The notes under the pieces: generated by a model | Database searches by the model: none | Seen by the model: the letters and a program-made list of their open reading frames with translations, nothing else | Told to the model about the DNA's origin: nothing | Assembly: GCA_964016885.1 (NCBI GenBank) | Contig: OZ024740.1 | Location: forward strand, 120,156,001 to 120,220,000 | DNA length: 64,000 bases | Reading direction: 5' to 3' | DNA from: Eledone cirrhosa | Taxonomy: Eukaryota | Made by a program: the position numbers and the translations under genes | Shown: in pieces, positions 39,490 through 52,478 of the stretch | Layout: each line of letters opens with the position of its first letter | Position numbering within the stretch: the stretch's first letter is position 1

Positions 39490-41838
39490 TCACAATACTA
39501 TAAATGTATGTACACATAAGCTTGTCTGCATATGCGCCCGCACACAACCCTAAGTGAGTACATTAAACAACCTAGTGGTTAAGAGGAGTAAAACTGAAAT
39601 AAAATGATAAACACAATTATTAAGAAAAGGTAAGGGAAAAAAGTGTTGTAAAAGGTTTGTGATGAGATCTAGATAAGAGTATCTGGTTAAAAAGTGAACT
39701 GAGTAAAGGATAAAGGTGGTGTATGTGTAAAAGGTAAGGTAGAAAGTGTTGGGATTATTAGTCAACTGAAAAAATGATAAAAATAAAAATATAAAAATAA
39801 AGAGATATATAAAAGGAGATGAGGGAGAACAAGTATATAACGGTAGAAAGTATGAGTTCATAAGTTAGTGGTGAGTGGAAGGCATGATGCGTAAAGAAGA
39901 AGCTCAAGGTGGTTGAGTAATCGTAGGAATGTTAATCCAGTTAAAAAGTAGATGCGATTTCAGATGCGGACAACATCTGAAGATCTCGGTCTTAGAGTTG
40001 AGGCAAGGGGAAGGGCCTTTCAAGTTTTGGAGAATTCTAAATTTGTCCGTGGTGCACAAAGAACATTTCTTTGTGCCCCTATGGTATTCTCTTGAATGGT
40101 ATAAAATAGAGCAATCAATAGTGTACGGAATGTTTTTTGTCTTTGAACTCCCACACTTTATTTGCAAGCACCGTTGCTGTTCTTTTTTCAGGGTGTTTGA
40201 AAGAAGCGACATGTGCATAATACCTGGTTTTGAATCTGTCCTGAGTCATGCCAACATATCGTTCACTCCTGGCTGGCTGGTTATTAATGATCGATGTCAA
40301 TTTGGCCTCATATACAATGGATTTGGTATTACATTTACCCTGTAATGGGCATTCTTCTAGCTTCCTGCAACTGCATCCTGGATTTACTCTCGCACGATTA
40401 GAGTTGGTCATTTTAGTCTTCATTGATGGGCAGCAAGAGTAACTGATTTTGACTACATTTCTATTAAATAACTTATTATATCTATGATTAGGGGGAAAAT
40501 ATTTGTCTAGGAGGTCGAGGAATTTTCTTCCTACATTAGTTTTAACAGTTAGAGAGAAGGGGGGTGTAAACCAAATAATTTTTCTTTTCCTGTTATTGTG
40601 TTTAGTGTTAGAGAGAGGAGTAGGTAAATATTTAATATGTTCGGTGAAGCGGCTGTTGTTGAGGGCCTTATTATAGTAAGGGGCGGCTTTGTTAAAAATG
40701 TCTATAGACGGAGATAAGGTAGAAATCCTACGGCTAATGTTAGGAATAAGATTTTTAAAGACTATAGGGGGATGGCAAGACTCTTTGTGTATATATCTTA
40801 AATTCTCGTTAGGTTAATGATAAGGTTTAAAAGAGGCAGTAAGTAGATCAATATTAATATCAAGAAAGTTAGTATTAGTAAGATTCGTATCTATAGTAAT
40901 TTTAAGGTTTAGGTTAGCAAAGGTATTAATTAAATCTTTAAGGAATTTATCAAGGTTATGGCTGTTGGTGGTATGAGAAACTGCCAAACCGTCCTCGGTA
41001 TAAACCGATATTATGGCAAGGAAATTTCTCTTTAAGGTTGTGAAGGAGGAATAATCCTACTAAGTCGCACACATCAACACTATCATATGAGCCCATCGCA
41101 ACATCAAAAGAGATTTCAGGGCTTGATTTTTTAACCCAGATACTTTCATTAGCAAAGAGTAGTGTTTTCCTAGCATGAAAGATAACGTCTTCTTCTAATT
41201 TAGAACTATTAATGAAAGGTTTTACAAAATCTAAGGCTTTTGTTAATAAGGATTCAGTGATAGAGGGGTAAAAATCAACAATATCAAATTGGATAAATCT
41301 ACACTTATTTTTTCTTTGTATATTATTAAACCAAGAAATAACAGAGGATGTATTTAACCAGTGTGATAAGTCAGTCATAGTTCTTATTTGAAGTATTATT
41401 TTTCTTAAGATTTTTTTACTTGCATGGCCAACTTCAGATTTAGCAGGGTTAATTAGTCTACAGCTAGGTCGATTAGTAAAATCTGATTTATGGTCTTTAA
41501 GGGTAATATATGATTTACGTTTAGCCAGGCTTTTAATTCGGTATCTATTTTTTAAATACTAGCTAGGTCTTTAGCTTCATTATTAATGGTATTGTATGTT
41601 AGCTATTTGATATTTGGCGGTAACGCTATCTGTTTGTTAAAAGTTAGTTATACAAAATATTATTTACTTCAAAAAGATTTTTAATTTTATCAGAAAAAAC
41701 GAAAGTGTTTGTAGAATGTTTAAAATTAGAAATATCGTTAGAGAGTTTTGATTGAAAATTATTGTTGTACTTACGGTATTTAATTTCACTAATTAAGTTA
41801 ACTAGGTCTATTTCGAAGTTAGCCATGTCTTTAACTTG
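39490..41838 (-). mobile_element. Disrupted, 5'-truncated Penelope-like retroelement (RT + C-terminal GIY-YIG endonuclease)
   Basis: RT: FIQFDIVDFYPSI, FDVAMGSYDSVDVCDLVGLF, GLYR; linker RKIIWFTPPFS..KTNVGRKFL; endonuclease CSCRKLEECPLQGKC..SIVYEA..YVGMT..RFKTRYYAH..CSLC..LN..CPH; frameshifts and stops. Confidence 0.9.
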
Positions 41839-41839
41839 T

Positions 41840-42118
41840 ACTATATATATATACATAAATGGCAATTTCTGTCTGTTTGTATGTATATTTGTTTGTGAGC
41901 CTAAAACTAAAACACTACCAAACCGGTCTTGATGAAACTTGACCCGCGTGTGGGCCTCATGCCCATTTGATTTCTTACGTACTTTGAAGTTTTAAAAAAA
42001 TCGATAATTTCCAGTCTGCATCGATTTTTGTATGCAAATGCTGAATGTTATTTTCTGCCATAACTTTTAAAGCTCTCAACCAATTTCCTTCAAACTTGAA
42101 ACACAGATAGATTATCTA

Positions 42119-42173
<55 letters not shown>

Positions 42174-42382
42174 TTATAGCAACACTCAACTTCTCTGACA
42201 ATGTTTTGCCTGAACAATGCAATCAACAATATTTGTTTGTATTATTGTTTCGTAAATTAATGTCTTCACTTTTGATTATCTGTCCTATATTTTGATTTCA
42301 TTTTTGGTCTGAGAGGCATTGGGCATTTTAATGGGAACTGGGAATACCCCCGCTCTCAGGTATTACCGTGTACGTCAGCTAG
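41840..42382 (+). mobile_element. Non-autonomous Helitron-like element
   Basis: ctatatatatatacataaatg start followed by a tctgtctgtttg tract; subterminal imperfect hairpin caggtattaccgtg; ends CTAG|T. Confidence 0.65.
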
Positions 42383-42395
42383 TATATATATATAT

Positions 42396-42533
42396 ATAGG
42401 AAAAGAGTCAGGACCCCGATGGCTGAGCTTCGGCCGTTGGGGTCCTAACTCTTTTCCTATAAGCCATTCTACTACCCTAAGTATCGAGTACACTTATGCA
42501 TTATGGTCCACCTGGTTCCTTACCACACCTTCT
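42396..42533. repeat. GC-rich hairpin (~32-bp arms) plus one-sided tail, inside (TA)n
   Basis: ataggaaaagagtcaggaccccgatggctgag / ttcggccgttggggtcctaactcttttcctat. Confidence 0.85.
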
Positions 42534-43759
42534 TATATATATATATATATGAGTGTGTGTGTGTGTTTTGTGTATGTAAATAGGACACCTATATACTCAG
42601 AAAAAAGGTTGATGTGTTCACTATTGTATTGCCTTAAACATAACTTATCTTCTGATCAGTACAAATTGGTTAGACTCCATGGAGTAGTACAATGAGCCTA
42701 CAATGAAATTGATGAGAAGTTTTCTCTTGGTTTGTGAAGTAGATTGATTGATTTTCTTCATGTAAGTAAATGAAATTAAGTTGCAAATCATTGATTTTTT
42801 TCTATATCGTTTTATTTTCTAATTTTATTTCTGCGATTAAAAAAAAATGTTTTGTAAGATTTAAATTTACTAATTTAATAAATTTGGATACTTTTGATTA
42901 CCTTTCCTTTTTTCCTCCTTGTATTAATTCCGTTTGACAATAAGTGAACATGGAGGGTTGAGATGACATAATTTCTGACAACCAGCTGAAGGTCATAAGT
43001 TTCTGTCTTTACTATATTGGAAAAGGTCATCGAGGTAAACGTTGGTAGCAATATTTGTGTGTTGGATTGGAGTAGTTGTTAGTGTGTCAGACAAATGCTT
43101 AACAGTATTTTTTCGGACTCTTTACATTCTGACTTCAAATCCCACCAAAGGATAAACATGGTTTTCAGATATTTATTGTAATAAACTGCTGATACATTTG
43201 TCTCTTAAACATCAATTATAATTAGCAATTTCATTAGCCCATTTCTAGCAAAAGCCCATTTCTAGCAAAAGCTCAGCCCATGAGTTTCAAACCATTTTGA
43301 AAACAATCAGGGTATTTATTAATGTAACTAATTATTCTATTTATCTGAATATAACTTTATAAAAGTTCTTTCAGAAATTATGACAGAAGAACATAGGTAA
43401 ATGTAAACACTTTAAAACAAACAATTTTATATTACAGACTAGGGGTGCTTTCAGGTGGTTTGTATCAAAAGTGTTAATCTTACACCTGTAAAATATTCAG
43501 AAGCAACTGAATATAAATTTCCCTTCAATCTTTAGCACTTGTCTAACCTTTAAAATATTCAAATTGGTATTCCAGTCTGATGTATAATATCTCCACTCAG
43601 CAGGTTTTCTTGGGAATTGGGATATGGTTATTGTATATAATGTTTTTAGTATAATCTTAACTTTACTTTGCAAATGAGGTGCGAAAGTAACTAAATTGTT
43701 TAGTTTTTTCCTTTCTTCCATGTCCCTGGTGGTACTTTAAGTAAGAGCAGATTAAAAGT

Positions 43760-44375
43760 GTACAGAAATAAATAATTGTTTCTACTCTTGGCACAAGGCC
43801 AGCAATTACCCATTTCATTACTGGTACTGGTACTTACCATGTAAGGATGAAAGGCAAAGTTAACCTCGGCAGGGTTTGAACTCAGAAAGGCAAGGGCCGT
43901 AACTCTATGCGTCAAAGCATGACGTCCGACCCTCTACCGATACTGCCAAATCACCGCCCTTGTACAGAAATAAATAATTATATCTACTTTTGGCACAAGG
44001 CCAGTAATTACCCAGTGCATTACTGGTACTTTATTTTATCGACCCCGTAAGGATGAAAGGCAAAGTCAACCTCGGCGGGATTTGAACTCAGATTGTAAAG
44101 GGACGTAACTATGCTGGAAAGCATGTCCGACCCTCTACTGATACTGCCAATCCACTGTACAGAAATAAATAATTGTTTCTACTTTAGGCACAAGGCCAGC
44201 AATTGCCCAGTGCATTACTGGTACTTTATTTTATTGACCCCGTAGGATGAAAGGCAAAGTCAACCTCGGCGGGATTTGAACTCAGATCGTAAAGGGACGT
44301 AACTATGCTGGAAAGCATGGCGTCTGACCCTCTACTGATACTGCCAATCCACCGCCCTTCAGAAATAAATAATGA
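43760..44375 (-). mobile_element. Array of three SINE family 1 copies separated by the same target sequence
   Basis: (tgta)cagaaataaataat occurs at ~43760, 43961, 44156 and 44360, bracketing three ~185-bp SINEs. Confidence 0.9.
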
Positions 44376-44583
44376 AATGAAATAAGGATAAATGAATCTG
44401 TGTAAAACAAAAAAGAAAAAACAAGAACAACAATAAACCGCTATCAAAATTAAGTTCATGATGTATTAGATACAATATAAAACAAAAAAATCATCATTTA
44501 ACCTTTTTAAACAAAACACCTACACACATACAAAACTATGAACATGCAGAGATACATAATTACACATATGTACTTATGTTTAG

Positions 44584-44616
<33 letters not shown>

Positions 44617-44617
<1 letters not shown>

Positions 44618-44725
44618 TAGATCACCCATGACCTGTTGGGTCACGTTCACTTCAAAATATATTTAAAAGATCATGTTCACTTAAAAATAACTTTTAAATA
44701 AATAAAATATACTTTGACATATATA
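44617..44725 (-). mobile_element. Possible Helitron 3' end fragment
   Basis: Minus strand cgtgacc..ggtcatg hairpin followed by gatCTAG|T. Confidence 0.45.
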
Positions 44726-44753
44726 TAATATAAAATGAAACTGGAAGGCCCAT

Positions 44754-44900
44754 AGTTTCAGAAGATCCCATTAAGGGTGAAAGCAGCGATTCTTTGTTTA
44801 AACTTTAATCTGTTATTTTAATAAATATTTGCACTAAAGTTCTTATATATTTGATATATATTTATCCTTATCGAACCCTCTTTGGATTTTAGTCTTCATG
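44754..44900 (+). repeat. Interspersed ~145-bp repeat (also at 52249-52450 and 56558-56765)
   Basis: Shared gaagatccc.ttaagggtgaaagcagcgattctttg.ttaaactttaatct.ttattttaata. Confidence 0.85.
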
Positions 44901-44931
44901 TTTATTATTATTACTATATATAAGTATGTAT

Positions 44932-45527
44932 GGTGGCTGCCAACTCGTTTCCGAGTACGGCCACTACTTTATATCCATGTAGGAGAACCCCTACCGATGC
45001 GCTGAACGAATGTGACTTTTTACTCCAGCCAGCGACTTGAAAACTCTGGTACAAACACTACACTTGTGACCATTATTGACACATAGTGCAGGGCCCATGG
45101 TACCATGTGATGACAAGTGCAGAGAGATCTCCAGATATAAAGCAATGCCTGTGCTGTGAAGCTTTTATAGTGAGCAAAGGCACTGCACAAAGCCAGTCCC
45201 ACTCTCTTAACCAAGATGATATTTACCAAAAAGAAGAACAAATCAACATCATTGGATACCATCAGGGTTGCAGGTGTTATATCAGAGTTTTCCTTCTCCT
45301 AGAATTCTGCCTTGACAAAGGCTAAGGGGTCATCTCTCCCGGTGATTTTGGATGGCTATTGAGTCTTAAGAGCTCCCTTGCCTTTTGACAGGTTTTGTTT
45401 TTAGTCCTGCAGGATGTCCAAAGTCACCCTCCTCACCAAGAAACCTTGGTGGGGTTGCCAGTTTAGTCGCCAACGACCCGACCATGAGACAGGTTGTACT
45501 GGGATACATGTTACCAGTAGCACCAGT
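44932..45527 (-). mobile_element. ~600-bp non-coding repeat, probably a non-autonomous RTE derivative
   Basis: Two copies in the window; minus strand contains ctaggagaaggaaaactc, resembling RTE 5' UTR motifs (recalled, not searched); ends in a (CATA)-type tail; no long ORF. Confidence 0.55.
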
Positions 45528-45689
45528 ATGTATACGTATATGTATACAGACGTACAGTAGTATGTATATACATACATATATGTATGTATACATATATGTA
45601 TGTATGTATACATATATGTATGTACGTATACATACTTATATTTAAGTATCAGCCTTACTAAGAATGAGAAATGAAATTTCATTTTTTCC

Positions 45690-45743
<54 letters not shown>

Positions 45744-46261
45744 TTATATATATATATATATATATTTATGTGTGTGTGTATGTATATATATAAGTGGGTG
45801 TTTATATACATATATATTTATGTATGTGTGTGTGTATATATATATATGTGGGTGTCTGTCATCTATATACACTGGTCATAGACACATACACATATATACA
45901 CACATATATATATATAGACACACACACTCATATATATATATATACAATATGACACCACTAGCTCTCTGTCATCCATTTACCTTCTCTGTCTCCTCTCTCT
46001 ATGTCTCTCTTTCAATCTACTCTCTCACAATCACTATCCCTTTCTCTCTATCTCTTTATGAAGGTACCCAGAAAACCTCATATCTCAGGAACCCATGCTT
46101 CAATTTACACAAAACTTATTTATGCCATTTGTATTCCCATTTCTGGGGCAACATCCTTTCAAAGTATTTTCCAATTATGCACCTTTTTGGCTGTATTACA
46201 TTACAGACAAGCAAGCAAGCAATCACAGACTTTTAGTAATATAATATATATATATATATAT

Positions 46262-46720
46262 ATAGGAGAGGAGGTTGCATTGGTATTGACATGTGATGCA
46301 TATGAAGGATGACATCTGCATAAAAAGGTGTGGAGCACTAAGGCCTGGGATGAGGTGATAAAAGCTGATCTTGCCCAATTGCACCTCTCAAAGGCGATGA
46401 CAAAGGACTGTGACCTCTGGTGTCACACAGTAATACAGAAGACCGGACTTCCCATGGGTACAAGCTGAAGCTGAAGTATATAGACAATATGCCCCCACCC
46501 CCTCCCCCTACAAAGTGGTCGTGTAGGTTCCACAATAAAAAAGCACCCAGCACTCATTGTAAATGAGGTTGGTCTTAGGAAGGGCATCCAGCTGTAGAAA
46601 TCAAGCCAAAATCAGTTCCCGTATGAGCAAGACAAGGTCACCTGACCTGGCACTGCCCACAACAGGACAACCCGTCCAACCCATGCTAGCATGGAAGAAT
46701 AGACGTAAAACACTGATGAT
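46262..46720 (+). mobile_element. 5'-truncated RTE LINE 3' end
   Basis: Reverse-complement match to 33402-33950. Confidence 0.85.
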
Positions 46721-46811
46721 ATATATATATATGTACACTTATAAATTAAGAGCGAGGTATAGAACACAATATTAAATCTTGAACTTGAGCCAAAATACTA
46801 GAACCAAGTCT

Positions 46812-46866
<55 letters not shown>

Positions 46867-48762
46867 TTATTATTATTATTATAATGATATATATAAAAAT
46901 AAATAAATGAAGAAAATTCTACTGAGACAACTGTCAAAGATAATCATAAAATTCTTTTGTTCCATAGGTTTGTGGCAATGGTTTAAAATAATAGTCATTC
47001 AAATCTCAATAAATATAACAACAACATTTTTAAATTAAAAATGAAGAAAAATAAAAACGCTAGACTTCATTAAAATATGACTAATTCCATAAATTTTATG
47101 TTCATGTAATTCTTTTTTTTTAAATTATATCTTGCCATTTTTGTTTTTTATATTTTCCTGAATGGAATTTTAATTTTAACTCAATTGTTTCTTTATTTTA
47201 AATGTTATATTTTGTTTTTTAACCTCTGAAGAAAATGTTTGTGAATGATTAAGACTTCACTAAATGGAGAATCATGAGGAAATTGCATGAAACACTTTGT
47301 TACTATTATTATTATTACTGTTGTTTTTGTTATTATTATTATGGCTATTATTATTTGTGCCAAGCTACACTGCTATTGCCACTGCTTTCTCTAATTTTAT
47401 CCTTCTATCAGTGTTGACATGAAGGTTTTGAAAAAATTTCTAATCATGGGTTTCTGTTATGAAATTATATTACGAAATAGTTATGCTTGCACACTCTTGC
47501 TTATTCCCTTTCTCTTTGGCGTTTTCTTCTCTCATCCTTTATTTGAAAGTTTTTTATGTGTTATCTGAGAATATATGTGCATATTGCAGTGTGAATGTGT
47601 ATCTGGGCTAAGGTGTTAGTGTGTTCATGTGTGTGGGGTATTTGTGTCTCAGTATTTGTGTGCGAGCTGTTTTGGATATGTATTCCTATGCATATCGGTA
47701 GGTGCATGTTTGTGCCTCTTTATTGTCATATGTTATTTAATTTTGTAATTTATTTAAACTGATATGTCTATAGTCCTGGTAATGCAGCATCTTCCACAAT
47801 AGTTGTTTGAGCTGTCTTGTTTTTATATTTTCAAAACAAAGTTATGTCCTGTTAACTCATTAAATTAGACTGTTCTGTATAATACACATTTTGTGATGGT
47901 CAAGAGATTTGCTTTTCAACCATGAGGTTTCTGATTCAACCCCACTGAGTCACATATTTATCAAAGCCTTGAGATGACCTAGGTATTGTGAATAAAATTT
48001 GAGGGGCACAAACTGTAATTCAAATGTCTGGACCTTGTCATACTGTTTCAAGCAAATTCTGCTTCAAAATCACATCATGGGCACACGTGTCTTTGAAATA
48101 TCTATGACTTACATATTAATTCTTGAATCAAACAGTCAGTTGATTACATGATATTACATTATATTACTTTAAATTTTTGAAACAATAATAACTAGAAATA
48201 AATTATTATAGTAACTAGAGTTAAACTACGAAATACGTTTTCAATGCTCTTCATGTAAAATTATGAGAAAAGGTTTTAAACTGTGGTGTATCATTAAAAA
48301 AGGGGCAACGTGAGGCAGACTGGTATTAAAAGGTTTCAAAAAGATCATACAGTATTTGTTCGCTTATACATGTATAAAGTAAGTTCAAATGTGTGTAAAT
48401 CTTTTTTGTGAAGACTAAAATATTTAATATTTTATGTAAAAATTTCAGGATATCTGGAATTTTATAATATTGAGCTTGAAGTCTTATGAATTTTTAACCA
48501 GATTTTGAATCATTTTGAAAGTCAGAAAAGATGTCTACAAAAGTTTGTACTGTTGAGCCATAAAAATAACTGTGTAAATCAATATAATATTGCAACAGCT
48601 GGAAGAATTTCCAAACTACTTGGAATATATAATGAAATGTTGCTTTTAAGAATTTATTATGCAAAATGTACTGTAAAATTATGAAAGAATATATAAAAAT
48701 ACATATCAAATTCAAATAATTTATATCAGTTCTTGAAGGCCAAATGAAATCAATTTTCTTCT

Positions 48763-49630
48763 GTTCCCACTTATTCCTGGGAAGGTCGGGATGGGGGTGG
48801 CATATTCCTCAAAAACAACTTCCAACGGGTCCTGTCAGCAGCAGCTGTTTCCAATTGATCCAGTTTGATCCACAAGTGAAATGAGCCAATCTCATGGATT
48901 TTATCCAACCATCTTGTTTAGGGTCTACTCTGGGTCTGCATCTGGCTGGTTTTGGCCATAAAATCTGTGCAGTGATTCTTTTCATACACAATCTATCTCC
49001 ATGTATATAATTCAGAAATGTAGCAGCTCTACCAGATATCTGAGTTATGCACTCTATTTCAACCACTTGTATTAGCAATCATATTCTTTAGGTTATTACA
49101 CAATATTCCTGACCATATACCGAATTGATGATAGTGAGTTTCGCTTTTAACCTATTCCCCTGTTGATGACTGAATGTTGAAACTGACACATCACTGCACC
49201 ACTTAATTCAGCCTTCTGCCTTCTATTACTCATGAACACAGCTCTGAGATACTTGAACTTCTCCACCTGCTTCATTTGTATTGTGCACCTGTGAAGGCCT
49301 CCCCGAGAGGATGAGTGCCCCACTCGCTGCAGAATACCGCTCTTGGTAATACTCCAAAGGTTTCTTGAAGATCTGCTACAGTACAAATATTTGGTCAGCT
49401 GTATTGCATCCTTGGCAAAAACCACACTGTTCGTCAGATAGTTTGGACTCAACAATACCCCTCCTTCTTGTTGACAGACACTTATCCAAGACTTTACTTG
49501 GGAAGAAGATCCTTCTATAACTAGAGCAATCTCTCTTGTTTTACCTTTTTATAATTGGGGATTATCCTTCTTAGTTACCATTGTTTAGGTGCCTTTCCAA
49601 AGATCCATCCCATCTGGCACAGATGCATCA
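48763..49630 (-). mobile_element. Decayed RT/C-terminal fragment of a Rex3/Expander-like RTE
   Basis: MKQVEKFKYLRAVFMSNRRQKAEL..AVM and KPARCRPRVDPKQDG remnants; a plus-strand C-terminal remnant also lies at ~51235-51445. Confidence 0.65.
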
Positions 49631-51862
49631 GACCTTCCCTATCAATTTGTACAATGTTTACAATAGTTTTGTTTAATTTTTCAATGTGTAATTTGTTATT
49701 TTTCAATTTACCTAGTTTGGCCATAAGCACTTCTTTTAAATAGTATGTTTATCTTTAATCTTTCAATTTATATTTTTTTTTAAATGCTATTATGTATTTT
49801 AATTCGAAAGGAATTAATTTAAATTAATCTTATATGAAATTACATTCATTCTTATTTAGGCAGATATATATATCCAGTTTCAAAATATAGTAATCACACA
49901 TACAGGTATTATATTCTAAAAGAAACTAATCAATAGAATGAATATGACTGCTGAAGGCTTTATATTATGGCATGGAAACACAAACAAGTTGTATTCTAAA
50001 ATCAGTAACATCCTTCATTAAGTTTAAAAAAAAAAAACATTTTACAAGACTGGAAACCAAATGATAAAAAATACATCACATATGTCAAGTTCATCCTCAC
50101 TGTTGCCGAGCAATATATGTGAGTGAGTGGTGTGTGTTGGTATATGTGTATATGAGTGTGCATTGGATTTAGGAAAGATTACAGGCTGATCATCAGATCA
50201 GTGAAGCAGAAAATACTTCATTATAGCTATGCCTGAAGCATGTGGGGAAAAGAGAGGGGGCACGTCCAAACCTGAAAGCAAAAAGTAGCAAATCAAAATA
50301 GTTGCTTCTTGGTTGGGGTCAATATAGCTAAACCTTGTTTGTTATGTATGGTGCTGCATGGAAAATGGAAGGAAAGTATACTGCAATTTCTGTTTGTATC
50401 AGGACGAGGACCAGTAATGTACTCTTTGTAATATGAAATATGCAAAAGTTCATAGTTAAGAGTACTCTTCTATATTTTAGCTAAGGGCTCACCATTAGCA
50501 TTTTACATATGCTTTCTATGATAGTATGGGTTAGATGGTTGTTACAGTCAGATATTAGACATAATGGTACAACCAAATCTTACTCAAATATTCCATATTT
50601 TGGCATGATTTCTTGGGATGGATGTCCTTCCTAACACTAGTCACATTTAAGAGTGTGAAATATTATGTGCAAAGTAGAATAACTATGCTAGATGAAATAT
50701 AAAAAATAAACTATAAATATAAACAAAACGCAAATATAAACCTAAGCAAAACCTAAAATAAAATAAAACACACAATTAAGTATTTATATGCAATTGTAGA
50801 AGGGATACAGATAAACATTTAGGTGTCATTGTCCCATTGGTTATATGAAATTATGGATGACAGCAACAGACTTAACTTACAGAAATGTCAAAAGAATTCC
50901 TGATGATGCTAATAACATTGATTCCTGTTTTCTTTTAGAAATAAGCTTTTGTTTAAGGAGAGACTTTAGTTTTTAATGTTTGTTATATTATTGTTATTTA
51001 ATGAACACAACAAAGGATTCAATTTTAATCCAAAGCTGGACAACTAGTCTGACACTTGATTAGCATTTCCATCAGATTGTATCATATTTTAAAAGTATTT
51101 ATAGTATAGAACTTATACTGCTATTTTATCCTTTTTCACTTTATTCTTTTCTTATATTTATTCATCTTAAATTTCTTTACATAAGTATATACTAAAAATG
51201 GCAACTGCTAGCTTCCACCATTACTAAACATATGCAGTTAGAATGACTCAAGAAAGAATCACAGACAATTTTTAATGGCAAAACCAACTGGTAGAAAACC
51301 CAAGGGTAGACTGCAAACAAGAAGTTTGGAGAACATCCATGAGCTCATTGGGTCTGACTTGGGGATTGAGTTGGATCAATTGTGAAATGACCCGCTAGAA
51401 GGCACGTTTAAGGACTCTGGCCCCCCACAATCCTCCTAGGAATACGTGGAAGCAGGAGTGTTATTATATACTGGTATTTGCAGCACATGGTCAAAGTCTT
51501 TGGACACATTTGTCAAACTAGGTATGAAACAACTGTACCATAAAATAACAATGTTAATAAGGATATTTTACTGGAAAACAACAACAACATAACAACAACA
51601 CAATATAAACACTTTAGAGTAAGTGGTTTTGTAGCATAGAACTAGAGGCAGTTTCAGGTAGTGTGGTATCAAAAAGGCTAAAAAAAGTTTTCATTCATGC
51701 TTCAATGATCAAATGGTTTGCAGGACAAAGCATGGGCATCACCATAGATATATCAGGTTATATATAATGTGAATGTGCAATGCACATTGTGCATGTATGA
51801 ATGTTAGTGCCCGTGTGTATATTATACCAATTTCCACACACAAAATGTAATATTTAATATAA

Positions 51863-52478
51863 TCTATATATCTAAAACAGAGAATGTCTGTCTATTTGTC
51901 TGTCTGACTCCCTAAAACTCGAGAACCACCCAATCAATTGTTTTCAAACATTACACATGTAATACTTATGGTCCTGTGAGTGTTCTGAGCAAAAGAAATT
52001 TCAAATTTTCAATGCCCTAGAGACCACATTAGGCGATTTAGTGATCTCTCTCTATAATTCTTAGTCTTTCTTTTTTGATAGATACATAGATATAACGTTG
52101 TGCCCTTATACTATCTGTCTGTGTGTCTGGCTGTCTGCATTACAACATTATGTGTGTGTGTATATGTATATATAGTGTGTGTATATATATATATAGTGTG
52201 TAACATTTTTCGAAATATTTACTTCTGCATTCACAGATTGATTTTTTTAGTTTCAGAAGATCCAGTTAAGGGTGAAAGCAGCGATTCTTTGCTTAAACTT
52301 TAATCTCTTATTTTAATATATATATATAATTATATGTTCGCGTACAGATACTTTTGCATACACAATAACAAAATATAAACAAACGTATTTATTTCACGCA
52401 GCTCGATAAGGATAAATATATATCAAATATATAAGAACCCTAGAGCAAATCCCGAGCAACGCCGGGCCATTCTGCTAG
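51863..52478 (+). mobile_element. Non-autonomous Helitron
   Basis: A|TCtatatatctaaaac 5' end, gtctgtct tract, subterminal hairpin cccgagcaacgccggg, 3' CTAG|T. Confidence 0.85.

Noticed and set aside
43497-43721. ORF with RYYTSDWN..VR..EGKF..C, superficially like the end of an Ig domain
   Set aside because: Spacing does not fit W-x-L-x-I-x-x-V-x3-D-x-G-x-Y-x-C and there is no suitable splice donor before the stop
43760-44375. Repeat-spacer periodicity resembling a CRISPR array
   Set aside because: The long units are SINE copies and the short units are target-site duplicates; eukaryotic context and no cas genes
45380-45527. HDV-like or twister ribozyme at the repeat 5' end
   Set aside because: No P1 partner or canonical L3 for HDV, and the twister CCGGUCCCAAGCCCGG-type core is absent; kept only as an unclassified structured leader
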